NCBI GenBank assembly: GCA_965153285.1
Contig: OZ229111.1
Source: Podarcis tiliguerta
Lineage: Eukaryota
Direction: 5' to 3' (one strand)
Length of the DNA stretch: 64,000 nucleotides
The position numbers were made by a program, and so were the translations under genes. The notes below the pieces were generated by a model. It searched no databases, was not told where the DNA came from, and saw only the letters and a program-made list of their open reading frames with translations. This document shows, piece after piece, positions 36,900 to 47,798 of the stretch (position 1 is its first letter; the number at the start of each line of letters is the position of its first letter).

Positions 36900-38350
36900 G
36901 TTCACTCGGAGGAGGGAAGAGGAGGGCGGCTGAAGGCTTTCTCGAGCCCAGCTGGATGGCTGCGTGTTTTGTCTGGCGCAGTATTTTCGACTAAGTATTT
37001 TAGGCTGGTGGGAAGTTTGGCAGCCCAGCGCGACCGGAGGTAGCTAAAGAGGCCCCTGTGCGTGATATCTTTTTGGACACGGGAATTCGGGGATGTCTGA
37101 TTTACTAAGCGAGAAGATTTGCCCCCGCCCCGCCCCAGGCAGCTAACCGGCTTGGGATGCACCCGGTCCTTCCTTAGAAGCACCACTAGCAGGAGCTGAG
37201 CCCCAACAGCAGTTCGTCGGGACGAAGCCCAGGCTTTTCCCTTCGCGGGATTTCCTTCTCCTGGGCTCCTCCACGCAAGCCGGAGCGCGAGGCACTTCGG
37301 TCTCGCTTAGGGCAGCCAAGCTCGGGTTTGGCCGCGGGACAGGAGCTTCACGCGTCGCCCTCCTTCCCTGCTCGGCAGCCCGCGCTCGCTCACCCGGTTT
37401 CCCCTGCGCAACGGCTCTTGATTGCCCAGGCTCGACCCTCTGAGCTCGCGGGGAAGGAGTCACCTAGGCGGGCCCGATCCTGCCGTGGCTGGCCAACTCC
37501 CCCTCCCCCGGCTCCTCCCCCTCCGGCGCCGCCCCTTCTCCCTCCCGCCGCGCGCCCTGCCAGCCCCCCAGTGGATGTCGTCGCTTCTTCCCCCGCGCGA
37601 GCCCACGGGGTGTCACTCCTCCGGGATGACCTCAGCCCCGGCCCGAGCCGGGCGCGTCACTAGCTCCGGGCATCCACGGAGCCTGGCCGCTCGCTGGGGC
37701 CGGACGATGGGCAGCGAGCGCGACCCCTGAGCCACCGAAGCCCGCTGGCTGCAGCTGCCGCCGAGGAACCAAGTCCGCCACCCGCGAAACGACTGCCCGC
37801 CCCCCAGCAGCTGCGGTTGCTGCTGCCAAACCAAGCAAGGTAGCTCGGAGGGACCCTAGGAGGGCGGCGGAGGGGAGCTTCGAGGCGGGAAGGAAGGGGG
37901 GGGTGGAGGTCTCCTTAAGAGAGTCGCGGCTGCCTCAGCTCTCCGGGAAGAAGAGCCACGCCGGGGCATAGCCCACGTCTTTGCGCGCAAAAGGTTCCTT
38001 TTTCGCGTCGCCAGGTAGGGCCCGGAAAGACTCTTGCTTGAAACTCCAGAGAGTCACTGTGCGGCGCAGCATTTTTGGCAGATGAACTGTTGGTCGGTCT
38101 GCCTTTTTACGATCCCCCGGTGCGAGAGACGGAGTCCTGGGTGGCGCTTCCGGAGAAGTTATCTCGCTAGAACCGATCAGGGACATCCCCGCCGGAGGCT
38201 GCAGGATGCTTCCCGGAGCTGGGGAACCTCCCGCATGCCTTGTTCCTACTTTTGTGGGCCGGACGTCGATCTCTCTCTCTCTCGGCCACCAGTGTGCCCA
38301 GATTCCTTCTTGCTAGGGTGTGTGTGTGTGTGTGACGCTGAGGCGAAACT
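36900..38350 (+). promoter_or_regulatory. CpG-island promoter of NTN1
   Basis: Very GC/CpG-rich, with tandem GC boxes CCCCGCCCCGCCCC at 37123-37136 and Inr-like TCACTCC at 37613-37619. Lies ~3 kb upstream of the coding exon. Confidence 0.7.
37615..37839 (+). other. NTN1: probable non-coding exon 1 of NTN1 (start approximate)
   Basis: Donor AAG/GTAGCT at 37840 at the end of the GC peak. The coding exon has a strong acceptor upstream of its ATG, so it needs an upstream exon. Confidence 0.5.
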
Positions 38351-39884
38351 TAGGCGGCATTTTCAAAGCAGCCCCAAGCTCAGTCGCCTTCTCCTAAGCA
38401 GGCGAGGGCAGCGAATTTTCTGGAGGGAAGGAAAGAGCAGTTTGCTCTCTTGGCCAATACAGTTGGAATAACTGAAAAAAGCCTTCCCCCCCCCCGCCCC
38501 GAGCCGTTTTGGAGTCCCATCTGCCGCTTTTCGTTTCTCTCTCGTTAAGAGATATGTGCAGTACGATCCTATGCATGTTTACTCAAAAGTCAGATCCAGT
38601 GTCTTCAATGGGGCTTACTCACTAGTAGCTGTAGCATTCGCTGAATGGCTCCGTTTAAACCCTGGTAGGTCGGACGAACTGGGTTGTGGATGGAGCTGAG
38701 ATGAGCCCTCTCTCTCCTCACCTTCCACTTTCCCTCGTTCATCCTCTGACAACCAGAACCACAAGCCTGGTGGTAAGCCGCATCGCTTGGTTTAGTGTCG
38801 CATAGAAGCGAAGGCAATCCTAGGCACGCTCGCTTGGGCGATTCCCACAGAAAGGGCTGAACCACGCACAGGTTCAGGCTGCAGGGTTGTGATTCCAAGG
38901 CGGATATCCTCTAAAACTTTCCCGGGAATAAGCACCACTGAACGTAATGGGGCTTGATTCTGAGTAGACCTGTTTAGGATTGACCAGAACGCCACTTGCA
39001 ATGGAAGGAAGTCCCACAAGCGATTTTCTGCTGTTAGTTCCTCGCATAGAAGGCACCACCAAGGCTCCTGTGTCCTGAACTTCATTACTGTTGCGCTAGA
39101 TTTACCTAAGAGAGAACCTACTGGTTCAGATGCACCAGAAATCACTGGGTCTTCTTTACGCAGTAAAAAGTTCCAGACATTATGGGACTGCCCACGTGCA
39201 TGGGTTTCGAAGACCTAAATAGATTGGGTCTGCCGGCTGAAATCCTCCCGCCCAATTTCCCCTAATTGCAGAACAGTTTAATTGCCTGCATCAAAATGAG
39301 GTGCGTATGTTTGCTTTAAATGGCTCTGGATCTTTCGGGGCAAGGCCCTCCCAAGAGTGAAGGAAGGCGCTCTCTGTGGAAGAAGCGCGTGGGATGGGGA
39401 CCCATATTCAGAAGGACTAATAGCAGGTGTCTGTGAGGTGGTCGAAGTACTGGCATGCCTTAGGAAAACTCAGTCTGAAGGCGCCCCGTCGTCCATTTAA
39501 AACGGCGTCCTACTGGTTCCGCAGAACTTCTTGCCAGTCAGCGGGTCTTCAGTTGAAGGTAGCTTGGGGTTCTCTCTCATCTGCTTTCTCGCTTGCCGAA
39601 ACCGCCACACACCCCTCAAGCCACTGGACAGTTTGCCGTGGAAATCCGCGCGCCATTCAAGCCCGTTGCGCGGGCGCCCATCTCCCGGATTGCAAGGAGG
39701 TTTGCTTGCTCGGAGTCGATGGATCCTCATCCCCATGGCTTCAGCGGAACGCCTTTCCATCTCCTCCTCCACCGCTTAGGACAGAGGATGTTGCTGGCAA
39801 GATAAAATCTGTAGCATTTTATCTTGAATCAAGTCCTCACTCTCAGGCCCCATTGGCGGTACAGTATATATTTAAAGTAGCAGC

Positions 39885-40110
39885 AGCAGCAATGCCATTT
39901 ACCTGCGAACCGTAGTTTAAAGGTGCAGAGAGATATTGGGAGACCCCAGTTCACCAGGTAGAACTACAATTTACAGAGTACCCCTGCGAGAACAGGGTTC
40001 TCTTAACAGCTTTCCACACCCTTAACAACCTACAGTTCCCAGGACTCTTGCAGGGAAGCCATGGCTGTTTAAAGTCGTATAATCCAGCTTTATATGTGGT
40101 GATGTGGCCT
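39885..40110. mobile_element. decayed palindromic MITE-like repeat
   Basis: CGTAGTTT..GAACTACAATT..CCCTTAACAACCTACAGTTCCCAGGACTCTT..GTTTAAAGT, same family as 3880-4040. Confidence 0.5.
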
Positions 40111-40224
40111 CAATGACACTTGGCTCATGCAGCGGAGACTTCTTCACCTTCTCTCCCGCTTGACTAAGAAGCCGCACGGCTCAACGAGCCTTACTCACTT
40201 TAGATAGTGTGCCACTTTTCTGTA

Positions 40225-40346
40225 GCGCCAGCTGTTTTTTTCGGGCTACAATTCCCATCACCCCTGACCACTGGGCCTGTTAGCTAGGGATGATGGGAGT
40301 TGTAGTCCAAAAACGGCTGGAGAACTCACCTTCGGTAAACGCTGGT
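40225..40346. mobile_element. hAT-type MITE, same family as 27055-27190
   Basis: Near-identical centre ACAATTCCCATCACCCCTGACCACTGGGCCTGTTAGCTAGGGATGATGGGAG, followed by GTCTAG. Confidence 0.8.
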
Positions 40347-40462
40347 CTAGCGCCTAGAAAAACACAGGAAAAACGCTGAAGGAAAGGCTCTCTTCGCCGG
40401 TTCCAAGGATGAAAGTTGGGACTTGATACGAGAGCGAGAGAAACGGCCTCAACTTAAAACTC

Positions 40463-40522
40463 GGCTGACTCAGCCCCGCTTAACCTGAGCGGGAATCTCC
40501 CTCCGCGTTAAGAGGCGGGCGG
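40463..40522 (+). promoter_or_regulatory. AP-1/ARE + NF-kB + GC-box cluster near the 3' end of intron 1
   Basis: GCTGACTCAGC at 40464-40474, GGGAATCTCC at 40491-40500, and GAGGCGGGCGG at ~40512-40522. Confidence 0.45.
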
Positions 40523-40763
40523 TGCTGCTTGTCCGTCAAAAGTGGTTCAGCGGCTGGCGCGCTCTGCCTCGCAGGTTCCTCCCCGCGCGCGCGCCCTGCC
40601 CCACCCACCGCTTCCTACTCCGACCGTCACTTAATCCTACGGCAGGCGCTGGGTCAGCTTGGAAGGCGCCCACTGACCGCTCCTGCTCTTCCGCCCAAAC
40701 TTGTTCATTGGCCAGCCCAAGCAAGCGGCAGTCTTAATTCAACCTCAGTGGCAGCACCTGTGA

Positions 40764-40813
40764 GGCTGACGCGCTCTCTCTGTCTCTCTCTCTCTCCACT
40801 TTCCCCGCTGCAG
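40764..40813 (+). other. NTN1: 3' splice site of the first NTN1 coding exon
   Basis: GGCTGAC branch site at 40764-40770, a long CT tract, and CTGCAG ending at 40813. The exon starts at 40814, 55 nt before the ATG. Confidence 0.8.
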
Positions 40814-40868
40814 GTTCGCTTTCCCGCCCTTTCTTCCCCCTCCGCGCGCCCTCCCGCGGCGACCCGGC

Positions 40869-41919
40869 ATGTCTCCGGCCGGCTGGGAGGCGCTGGTGGC
40901 TCTGGCCGCCGTAGCCGCTTGCCTGGCGGAGGGCGTGCGCGGCGGCGGCGGCGGCTACGGCGGAGGTGGCGGCGGCGGCCTGAGCATGTTCGCCGTGCAG
41001 ACGGCTCCTCAGCCGGACCCTTGCTACGACGAGAACGGGCACCCGCGCCGCTGCATCCCGGACTTCGTCAACGCCGCCTTCGGCAAGGAGGTGAAGGTGT
41101 CGAGCACGTGCGGCCGCCCCCAGGCGCGCTACTGCGTCCTGGCCGAGAAGGGCGACGAGCGCAGCCGCACTTGCCACTTGTGCGACGCGGCCGACCCCAA
41201 GCGCGCGCGCCCGGCCGCTTACCTCACGGACCTCAACAACCCTCACAACCTGACGTGCTGGCAGTCGGAGAGCTACGTGCAGCACCCGCTCAACGTGACG
41301 CTGACGCTGGCGCTGGGCAAGAAGTTCGAGGTGACGTACGTGAGCCTCCAGTTCTGCTCGCCTCGGCCGGAGTCCATGGCCATCGCCAAGTCCATGGACT
41401 TCGGCAAGACGTGGGTGCCCTTCCAGTTCTACTCGACGCAGTGCCGCAAGATGTACAACCGGCCCAGCCGCGCCGCCATCACCAAGCAGAACGAGCAGGA
41501 GGCCATCTGCACCGACTCGCACACCGACATGAGGCCCCTGGCCGGAGGCCTCATCGCCTTCAGCACCCTCGACGGGCGGCCCTCGGCGCACGACTTCGAC
41601 AACTCGCCCGTGCTGCAGGACTGGGTCACGGCCACCGACATCAAGGTGGTCTTCAGCCGCCTGCACACCTTCGGCGACGAGAACGAGGACGACTCGGAGC
41701 TGGCCCGAGACTCCTACTACTACGCCGTCTCCGACCTGCAGGTGGGCGGGCGCTGCAAGTGCAACGGGCACGCCTCCCGCTGCGTGCGCGACCGCGACGA
41801 CAACCTGGTGTGCGACTGCAAGCACAACACGGCCGGGCCCGAGTGCGACCGCTGCAAGCCCTTCCACTACGACCGGCCCTGGCAGAGGGCCACCGCCCGA
41901 GAGGCCAACGAGTGCGTCG
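40869..41919 (+). CDS. NTN1: netrin-1, first coding exon (signal peptide, laminin N-terminal domain VI, LE/EGF repeat V-1); partial CDS continuing beyond the window
   Basis: Translation contains [86 protein letters not shown] and [26 protein letters not shown] phase-1 donor G/GTGAGT lies at 41920. The exon is 350 codons plus 1 nt. Confidence 0.97.
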
Positions 41920-42484
41920 GTGAGTGAGGAGGAGCGGGGACTCTTTGTACTGTATAACCTTCCAACGGTTTCTCCTTATGAACATCCTAATAGCCATGTA
42001 GCCTCCAAATTTCTCTGATGTAGGGACGTCCTAAGGGGCATTCCGGGATCAAATCTGAAACCGGAATGCCTTCTGTAAATCTGGGGCTGTCCTTGGGGAA
42101 ATAGGGACACTTGGAGGGCCTGGTAATTGAGGGACTGCAGCTTCTTCACAGGTGCGCAGGCAGAGAGCCAGGTGTGAAAGGGGCTCCTCGGAGTGGCGCA
42201 GGGAGAAAACTGCCAGAACCTTTGCAAAAGCTAAGCAGGAGTTGGTAGGGTTTCATATTGGATGGGGGCATGGATTTATGTTGGGGTGGTGAGGCAGGAC
42301 ACGCACCTGTCCTCCTCCACATCTGTCTTGATCTGCCTAGCTCTGTCTAGCAGATTCAGAGTTTAAAGTTGTTTTTAATTACCCCGAGTGTTAGAAAAAT
42401 CTGTCACAATCTTTCTACAGTTTTGTAATTTTAGTTAAGTATTTTTTTTATTTATTTACTGGATTCAGGCGAGAGCAGTTTCCC

Positions 42485-42575
42485 CATGGCTATGGCCATG
42501 AATGGAGGCTACACCAAGTTGAGATTACTGCATTGCAGGGGGTTGGACTAGATGGCCCTTGGGGTTCCTTCCATA
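42485..42575 (+). mobile_element. CR1-type 3' tail
   Basis: CTGCATTGCAGGGGGTTGGACTAGATGGCCCTTGGGGTTCCTTCCA. Confidence 0.7.
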
Positions 42576-45500
42576 TGAGGGGTTGTGGGAGGGCAAATGC
42601 TGCAAGCCTGTTCAGTGGAGTCTGTTCACATCAGTGGGGGACGGGGGATGGGGGGGGCTGCTAGTCACCAAAATATACAGTGATGTGTCTTGCAATAAAT
42701 GCAGTAGATTCCCTCCCACCCACACTGCAATAATTGCCTGACCCATCTCAGATAGGTGGGATATGTCTGGGTTTATGCCCTGGAGGCTTCGTACATGCTC
42801 AGAGGCACTCTGCTATGTTAGTTTGTTTATTGGCGATATCGCTTACATGTTGTCTGCAAACAGAACAGTTTGTTCTAGCTATGAGTTGCAAGTCTCTGGC
42901 CTGATTCTGAGCCTTAGTATTAAAACCAGATTCCGGGACTGAACCTTCTGCTGTCCTTGCAGGCAGATTAATACCCTTACTATAATCCTAAATGGGTGAG
43001 CGATTTGTGGCCTGGCTGGGAAGTCAAACATGCTCAGCATGTGCAGAAAGGGTCTCTCCTGTATTTCTTAATAGGTGGCTAAACCCTGGTTCAAGTAAAG
43101 CCACACACCATTTTAAGGCTCCTCTCCTTCCCACTCTTTCCCCCAATGTCCTGCATGCCTGTAAAACACAAGAGACAAAAATACATTGACGCAGCTTTTC
43201 CCAGTGTGGAGGAAAACTTGACCTGCTGAATTTCTAACCCTCAAGACAGTTGTTAGTGGTGCAGCGGTCTTGTGCAAAAACAAGCTGAAGTCCTGAACCC
43301 TTGGAGTGTTTCACTTTCTCCCCCACCATTAATCCCAGGTTTTTTAAAGGGACGATTGGATTGAAGAGAAGGCACCTCTGCAGTTGCCCAGTGATGCTCT
43401 TTGCTTCACTATTCCTGTGATCCATGGAGGAGCATGTAGGGATGAGGTCAGGGATATAAGGTGATTCTGGCAAAGCTGCAAGAAGGCAATCTTTCTCACA
43501 ACGCAGTTCATCCCGTGTACTTGTTTCCTCAGCTCACTCGGCTTCAGTCCAAGTATTTCGGCTAGTTAAAATAAGCCTGGCAGGAAATTAATTTCCAAAG
43601 TTAATGGGTCCCCTTCTTCAACATAGTCTTGGTATGCTGAGGAACAAACTGGTGGAGGAAAGGCACGGCAAATGGTAGGTTTATCTTGCGTGACCCTGGC
43701 TGGCCCCCTCACCTCACCCAGCCACGATGTCTCCCCTAAAGAAGCAGGCCAGGTCAGACCAGAGTGGGTCTTTCCCTTAGAAAAGATGTGCTTGCAAGCT
43801 CGTTTCCACCAGATTCCTGTGGGCCAGGGCCGGTATAGGAAGCACAGAGCAAAGTGGCAGGGGGGACTCTCTCAGACGGTCTCCCCAAAGCGACTTTGAG
43901 AAGGGGGACAGAGTTAGAGTTTAGGGAGAGTAAAAGATTAGGGAGCTCTACTGGTTTGGTGGAAGTCCCAGCAGTGGTGCGCTGCTTCGGAATCCAACCC
44001 AAGGTCGAGTTTGTGCTGCCCGGTGAACTCTCGTACAGCCTAGATTTTGAGCTGAGCCCTTCCTTTCCTCCTTCTGTGCCGCTGCCTGGTCACAGGGGCC
44101 AGGCGTTGCTGTGGGACTCTGCTGATTCAAAAAAGAGATACTATCTGTTCCTTGCAGTCCAATTTCTTTGATCTGTGATGGGTGGGCCGAGGCAGGCACA
44201 ATATTCGGTCCTCTTTTGCTGTAGTCAGAAAAGCACAGAAGTAGGGGTGCAGCCAGAGAGACTGAGAGGAAGGTTGACTGGCCTCAAGCGATTCCTGGAT
44301 AGAGAGAGGAGTAGGGTGTATCAGGATTATCTTACTTGTTGTGCCAGGTGTGTGCTGTTGCTGGGAGAAATTGATAAGGTGATAAAACATCACTTAAAAA
44401 TGCTCAAAGTGTTCTGGGGGAAATGAAACACTTTTTAAAACTCAACTTTCCTTCTCAGTCTCACTGCTAAGCAGGTGAATTTGAAAGCAAACTTTGACTG
44501 GTTTTGATGCATTTTGTTTAGGATTACTGTTGGAAGAGGGAAGCAACTCAGGTTGCCAAGAAAGGTTTGCATGGAAGCCCTTCCCCCCGGAAATAAAACT
44601 TGCTTCCAAAATCTTCAATCAGTTTACATGTCATTAAACTTCAGGTTGAATCTTTAAAACTTGTACCCTGCACTCCGCATGCATAGGAGTTAGAGCTGAA
44701 ACACACTAACCTGGTAACAAGCTTCTCTGAGAAGTGATACCTTCTGAGAAAGCAAAGTTAGGGGACCTGCTCTAAGGAATACTGTATCAGTTTTAGTAAC
44801 AATAACTATATAAACAGAGTACCATTAAGAATATTTGTAACTATTTGGAACTAGTATCTATTTGGAACTAGTAACTATATCCAACACTTTTCATTCACGT
44901 ATTGATGACAGAATTATCCAGTATTTGAGCTGCAATTACCGTACCTGTGAAACAACTATCATTTATTCCTGGGAAACACGAGAAACATTGAGTTGGGGGG
45001 CAGGTTATAGGCCATCTAGCACAAACTGCTGTTTATGCATAAATACAGAGCTAGAACCCCTCCCAATATGTGTATGTGTGTCAGCTGTCTTTAAAAGGAG
45101 AGCCACTATTTGTTTAAAAAGGGAGAAACTAATTTGGATAGAGAGTATTTTAAATTTTCTGAGAGTTTTTGTTTTTAAAAAAATGTGTTAGAGAAGCTTT
45201 TTCTTGTTTCTGGATTTTGTTTTCCGCAGGCTCTCACATAACGTAAGAGAATGGTAAAGGAATCATTTCTTTGCTAAATGTGTGATTGTATCCTTAACCC
45301 CCCCCCCAAAAAAAACCCTCAAAACCTACAAAGGAGCCTTAAGTAATTATAAAAAGTTCACAGATGGAACAGTTCAGTCATTGCCCGTGCATCAGCCATG
45401 ACCCCAAGTCATACAGTCCCTTTCTTTTCGATTTGTCATTGCTTTGTGTGCTGCTCAAACACTTCCCTCCCCAATTTGTCATGCTGTGGAAGGACCAAAC

Positions 45501-46919
45501 AGGTTTCTATCATTTTTTTAAAAAATGTTTTTATTAAAAGATTTTCCGTAAGTAACAAGAGTACATTTAGTGTTTCTATTTTAGAATCATACTGTCTTTC
45601 ATACAAGCCACTTTGAGACATTTTTTTTTTTATTCTCCGCTTGTCATTCACCCCTTTGAGTTTCTTAAACCACAAGGATGACTCCAAGGGATTGTGAGTG
45701 TTATTGCAGAATATTTCCGATTACTCTGTTCGCTCCCCTAGGTTTTAGTCACACTATAGCAAGGTTCTGTGCAGCATAGATTAAACCGTTGCTTCTGTAA
45801 TACTGGAAAAGTAGTTGGATAATACAAAAAAAGGAGGAAGAGTTAGGCTCTGGGTTGCAGGATTGTGCAGGAGGGCTAATACTCTTCCCCCATGCCATTT
45901 TGAATTGCTCCCAGAACTTCTCTTTGCACCTCACCATATCAATTCAGATGGAGAAATGGAAAAGAAAGACAGAGTTAACCCTCTCTTCCCAAGCTTTGTG
46001 GCTCTAATCTGAATTTCCCCTCTTTCCCTTTTCAATAAATCTTAACTTGTCTGCTTGAGTCCTTTAACAGGCTGCTCACCCATGAATTCCAGTGCCTTTA
46101 TTTCCTGTATAAGCCAATGCAGGAAAAAGTATAGGGCTTTTCCATCCTCTATGTATGACTCATTTGTCACTATTGGATCATGTTGTTTAATGGGCAGTGA
46201 GTGCTGTTTTCTTTGGCCTTTGAATGATTTGCAATTGAATAATATTGCAGAATAATATTTCTGCACAAGTGCAGTTCCATTCTATTAAATGGTACTCAGA
46301 TGTGACTTTAAAGATATTTCTCATGTCTTTGTCTTGCTGTTGAACACCAGGATTGTTAACAAAACAAAATATTGTCACCATATGGCTGTTGTTTGGCTCA
46401 TTGAGATTTATTCCTTTAGAAAACGGATACAGCTGAATATGTCACAACAATGTTAAATACAGACATGCATGGGCTCTTGCAATATTATTTGTTGGATTTT
46501 TTGTTCCTTTTGAGAGACATCAGCTCCCACATTTTGGTTGAGTTCTTGTAGTGGAGTATGGTTCAATTTGCCTTTGAGAACATACTTGTCTTGTTTTGCT
46601 AATATTACATAGCCTTTGGTTTGTGTTGTGAATCAAATTAAGTGATTCAGCATTGCTATAAATTGTTCTGAAGACTTGGAAGTTGAATCTGAATCTGAGC
46701 CAGGTCTGAGCTAGCTGATAGTATTACCAAATTCTCTTCCTTCATATTATTGATGTTTGTTTTATATTATTGGTAAATGTTTTCTATTATGGTTTGCAGC
46801 CTGGCAAATTGTAATGCCTTTGGCTAGTACAACAAACTTAATGATTTATTGAATTAAATGACAGACTCATTGTGTTCTTTCTACTGAGATGTTTCACAAC
46901 CCGCTTGGGTTCAGAACCC

Positions 46920-47275
46920 GAAGGGGTACGGAGCCTTTTTCAGCCCAAGATTGCATTCCATCATGGACAACTTTTGGGGAGGCCACGTGCCATTGGTCTA
47001 GGTGCAAAAGTGGGCAGAGCGGCAAATGCAGTTCTTAAGTTTGTACAGTAGACAACAACACAGAAGTCAGAGGTTTCTATACCTACCACCACTACCTCTC
47101 TCTATCTGCCATCCAGGCAAGCAAGATACATGATTACATCAAGGGCTCATTGCTGCCTGGGCAAAAGGAGATCATGCCCTGGGAATAGAGCATGTGACCT
47201 TGGGAGAGTCCTGAGTTCCAGACAGGACTGGAGGTATTGCATTTGGGCCCCCTGATCTGAGATTCCCCACCCCTG
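46920..47275. mobile_element. hAT-like MITE (family of 9199-9543)
   Basis: Termini AGGGGTACGGAGCCTTTT and GATTCCCCACCCCTG. Internal TTTGTACAGTAG is the reverse complement of CTACAGTACAAA-like sequence at ~9421. Confidence 0.55.
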
Positions 47276-47311
47276 CTGCAGACATTACACTCCATCTTAC
47301 TATTACTGTTT

Positions 47312-47312
<1 letters not shown>

Positions 47313-47352
<40 letters not shown>

Positions 47353-47358
47353 AGAGAG
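47313..47358. repeat. (TG)n(AG)n microsatellite
   Basis: Directly visible. Confidence 0.95.
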
Positions 47359-47561
47359 AATGAATGCACAGCAGTATACTATTTCCAGCTATTGCTAAAA
47401 TTCTGGAGTGGAAAACTTGGTTTTCCCGTTCAGTGTTCTCAAGTACAAATTTGCTCTAGAAAAAGTCTAAAAGAGAAGGACATAGCTGTGAAGTTATTAT
47501 GTCCCTTGGTGAAATAACAAGATTTTAAATTCAGCTGCAGCTTTGAGGTACAAATGATGTA

Positions 47562-47798
47562 CAGTGGTACCTCTGGTTACATACGCTTCAGGTTACATAC
47601 GCTTCAGGTTATAGACTCCGCTAACCCAGAATTAGTACCTCGGGTTAAGAACTTTGCTTCAGGATGAGAACAGAAATCATGCTCCGGCGGCCTGGCGGCA
47701 GCAGGAGGCCCCATTAGCGAAAGTGGTGCTTCAGGTTAAGTTTCAGGTTAAGAACGGACCTCTGGAATGAATTTAGTACTTAACCTGAGGTACCACTG
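47562..47798. mobile_element. Tc1/mariner (Tigger/pogo-like) MITE, 237 bp
   Basis: TA duplicated at 47560-47561 and 47799-47800. TIRs CAGTGGTACCTC and GAGGTACCACTG, with internal GCTTCAGGTTA repeats. Confidence 0.9.

Noticed and set aside
40734-41867. 377-aa antisense ORF
   Set aside because: GTG start with no internal Met; a codon-mirror shadow of the GC3-rich NTN1 frame.
40529-41923. 464-aa alternative-frame ORF overlapping the netrin exon
   Set aside because: It starts at TTG, has no ATG, crosses the splice acceptor and gives a low-complexity Arg/Pro/Gly product. This is expected from extreme GC3 in the real frame.
41920-41927. In-frame stop suggesting a 352-aa single-exon protein
   Set aside because: The stop lies just past a canonical GTGAGT donor at the expected exon boundary, so it is intronic.
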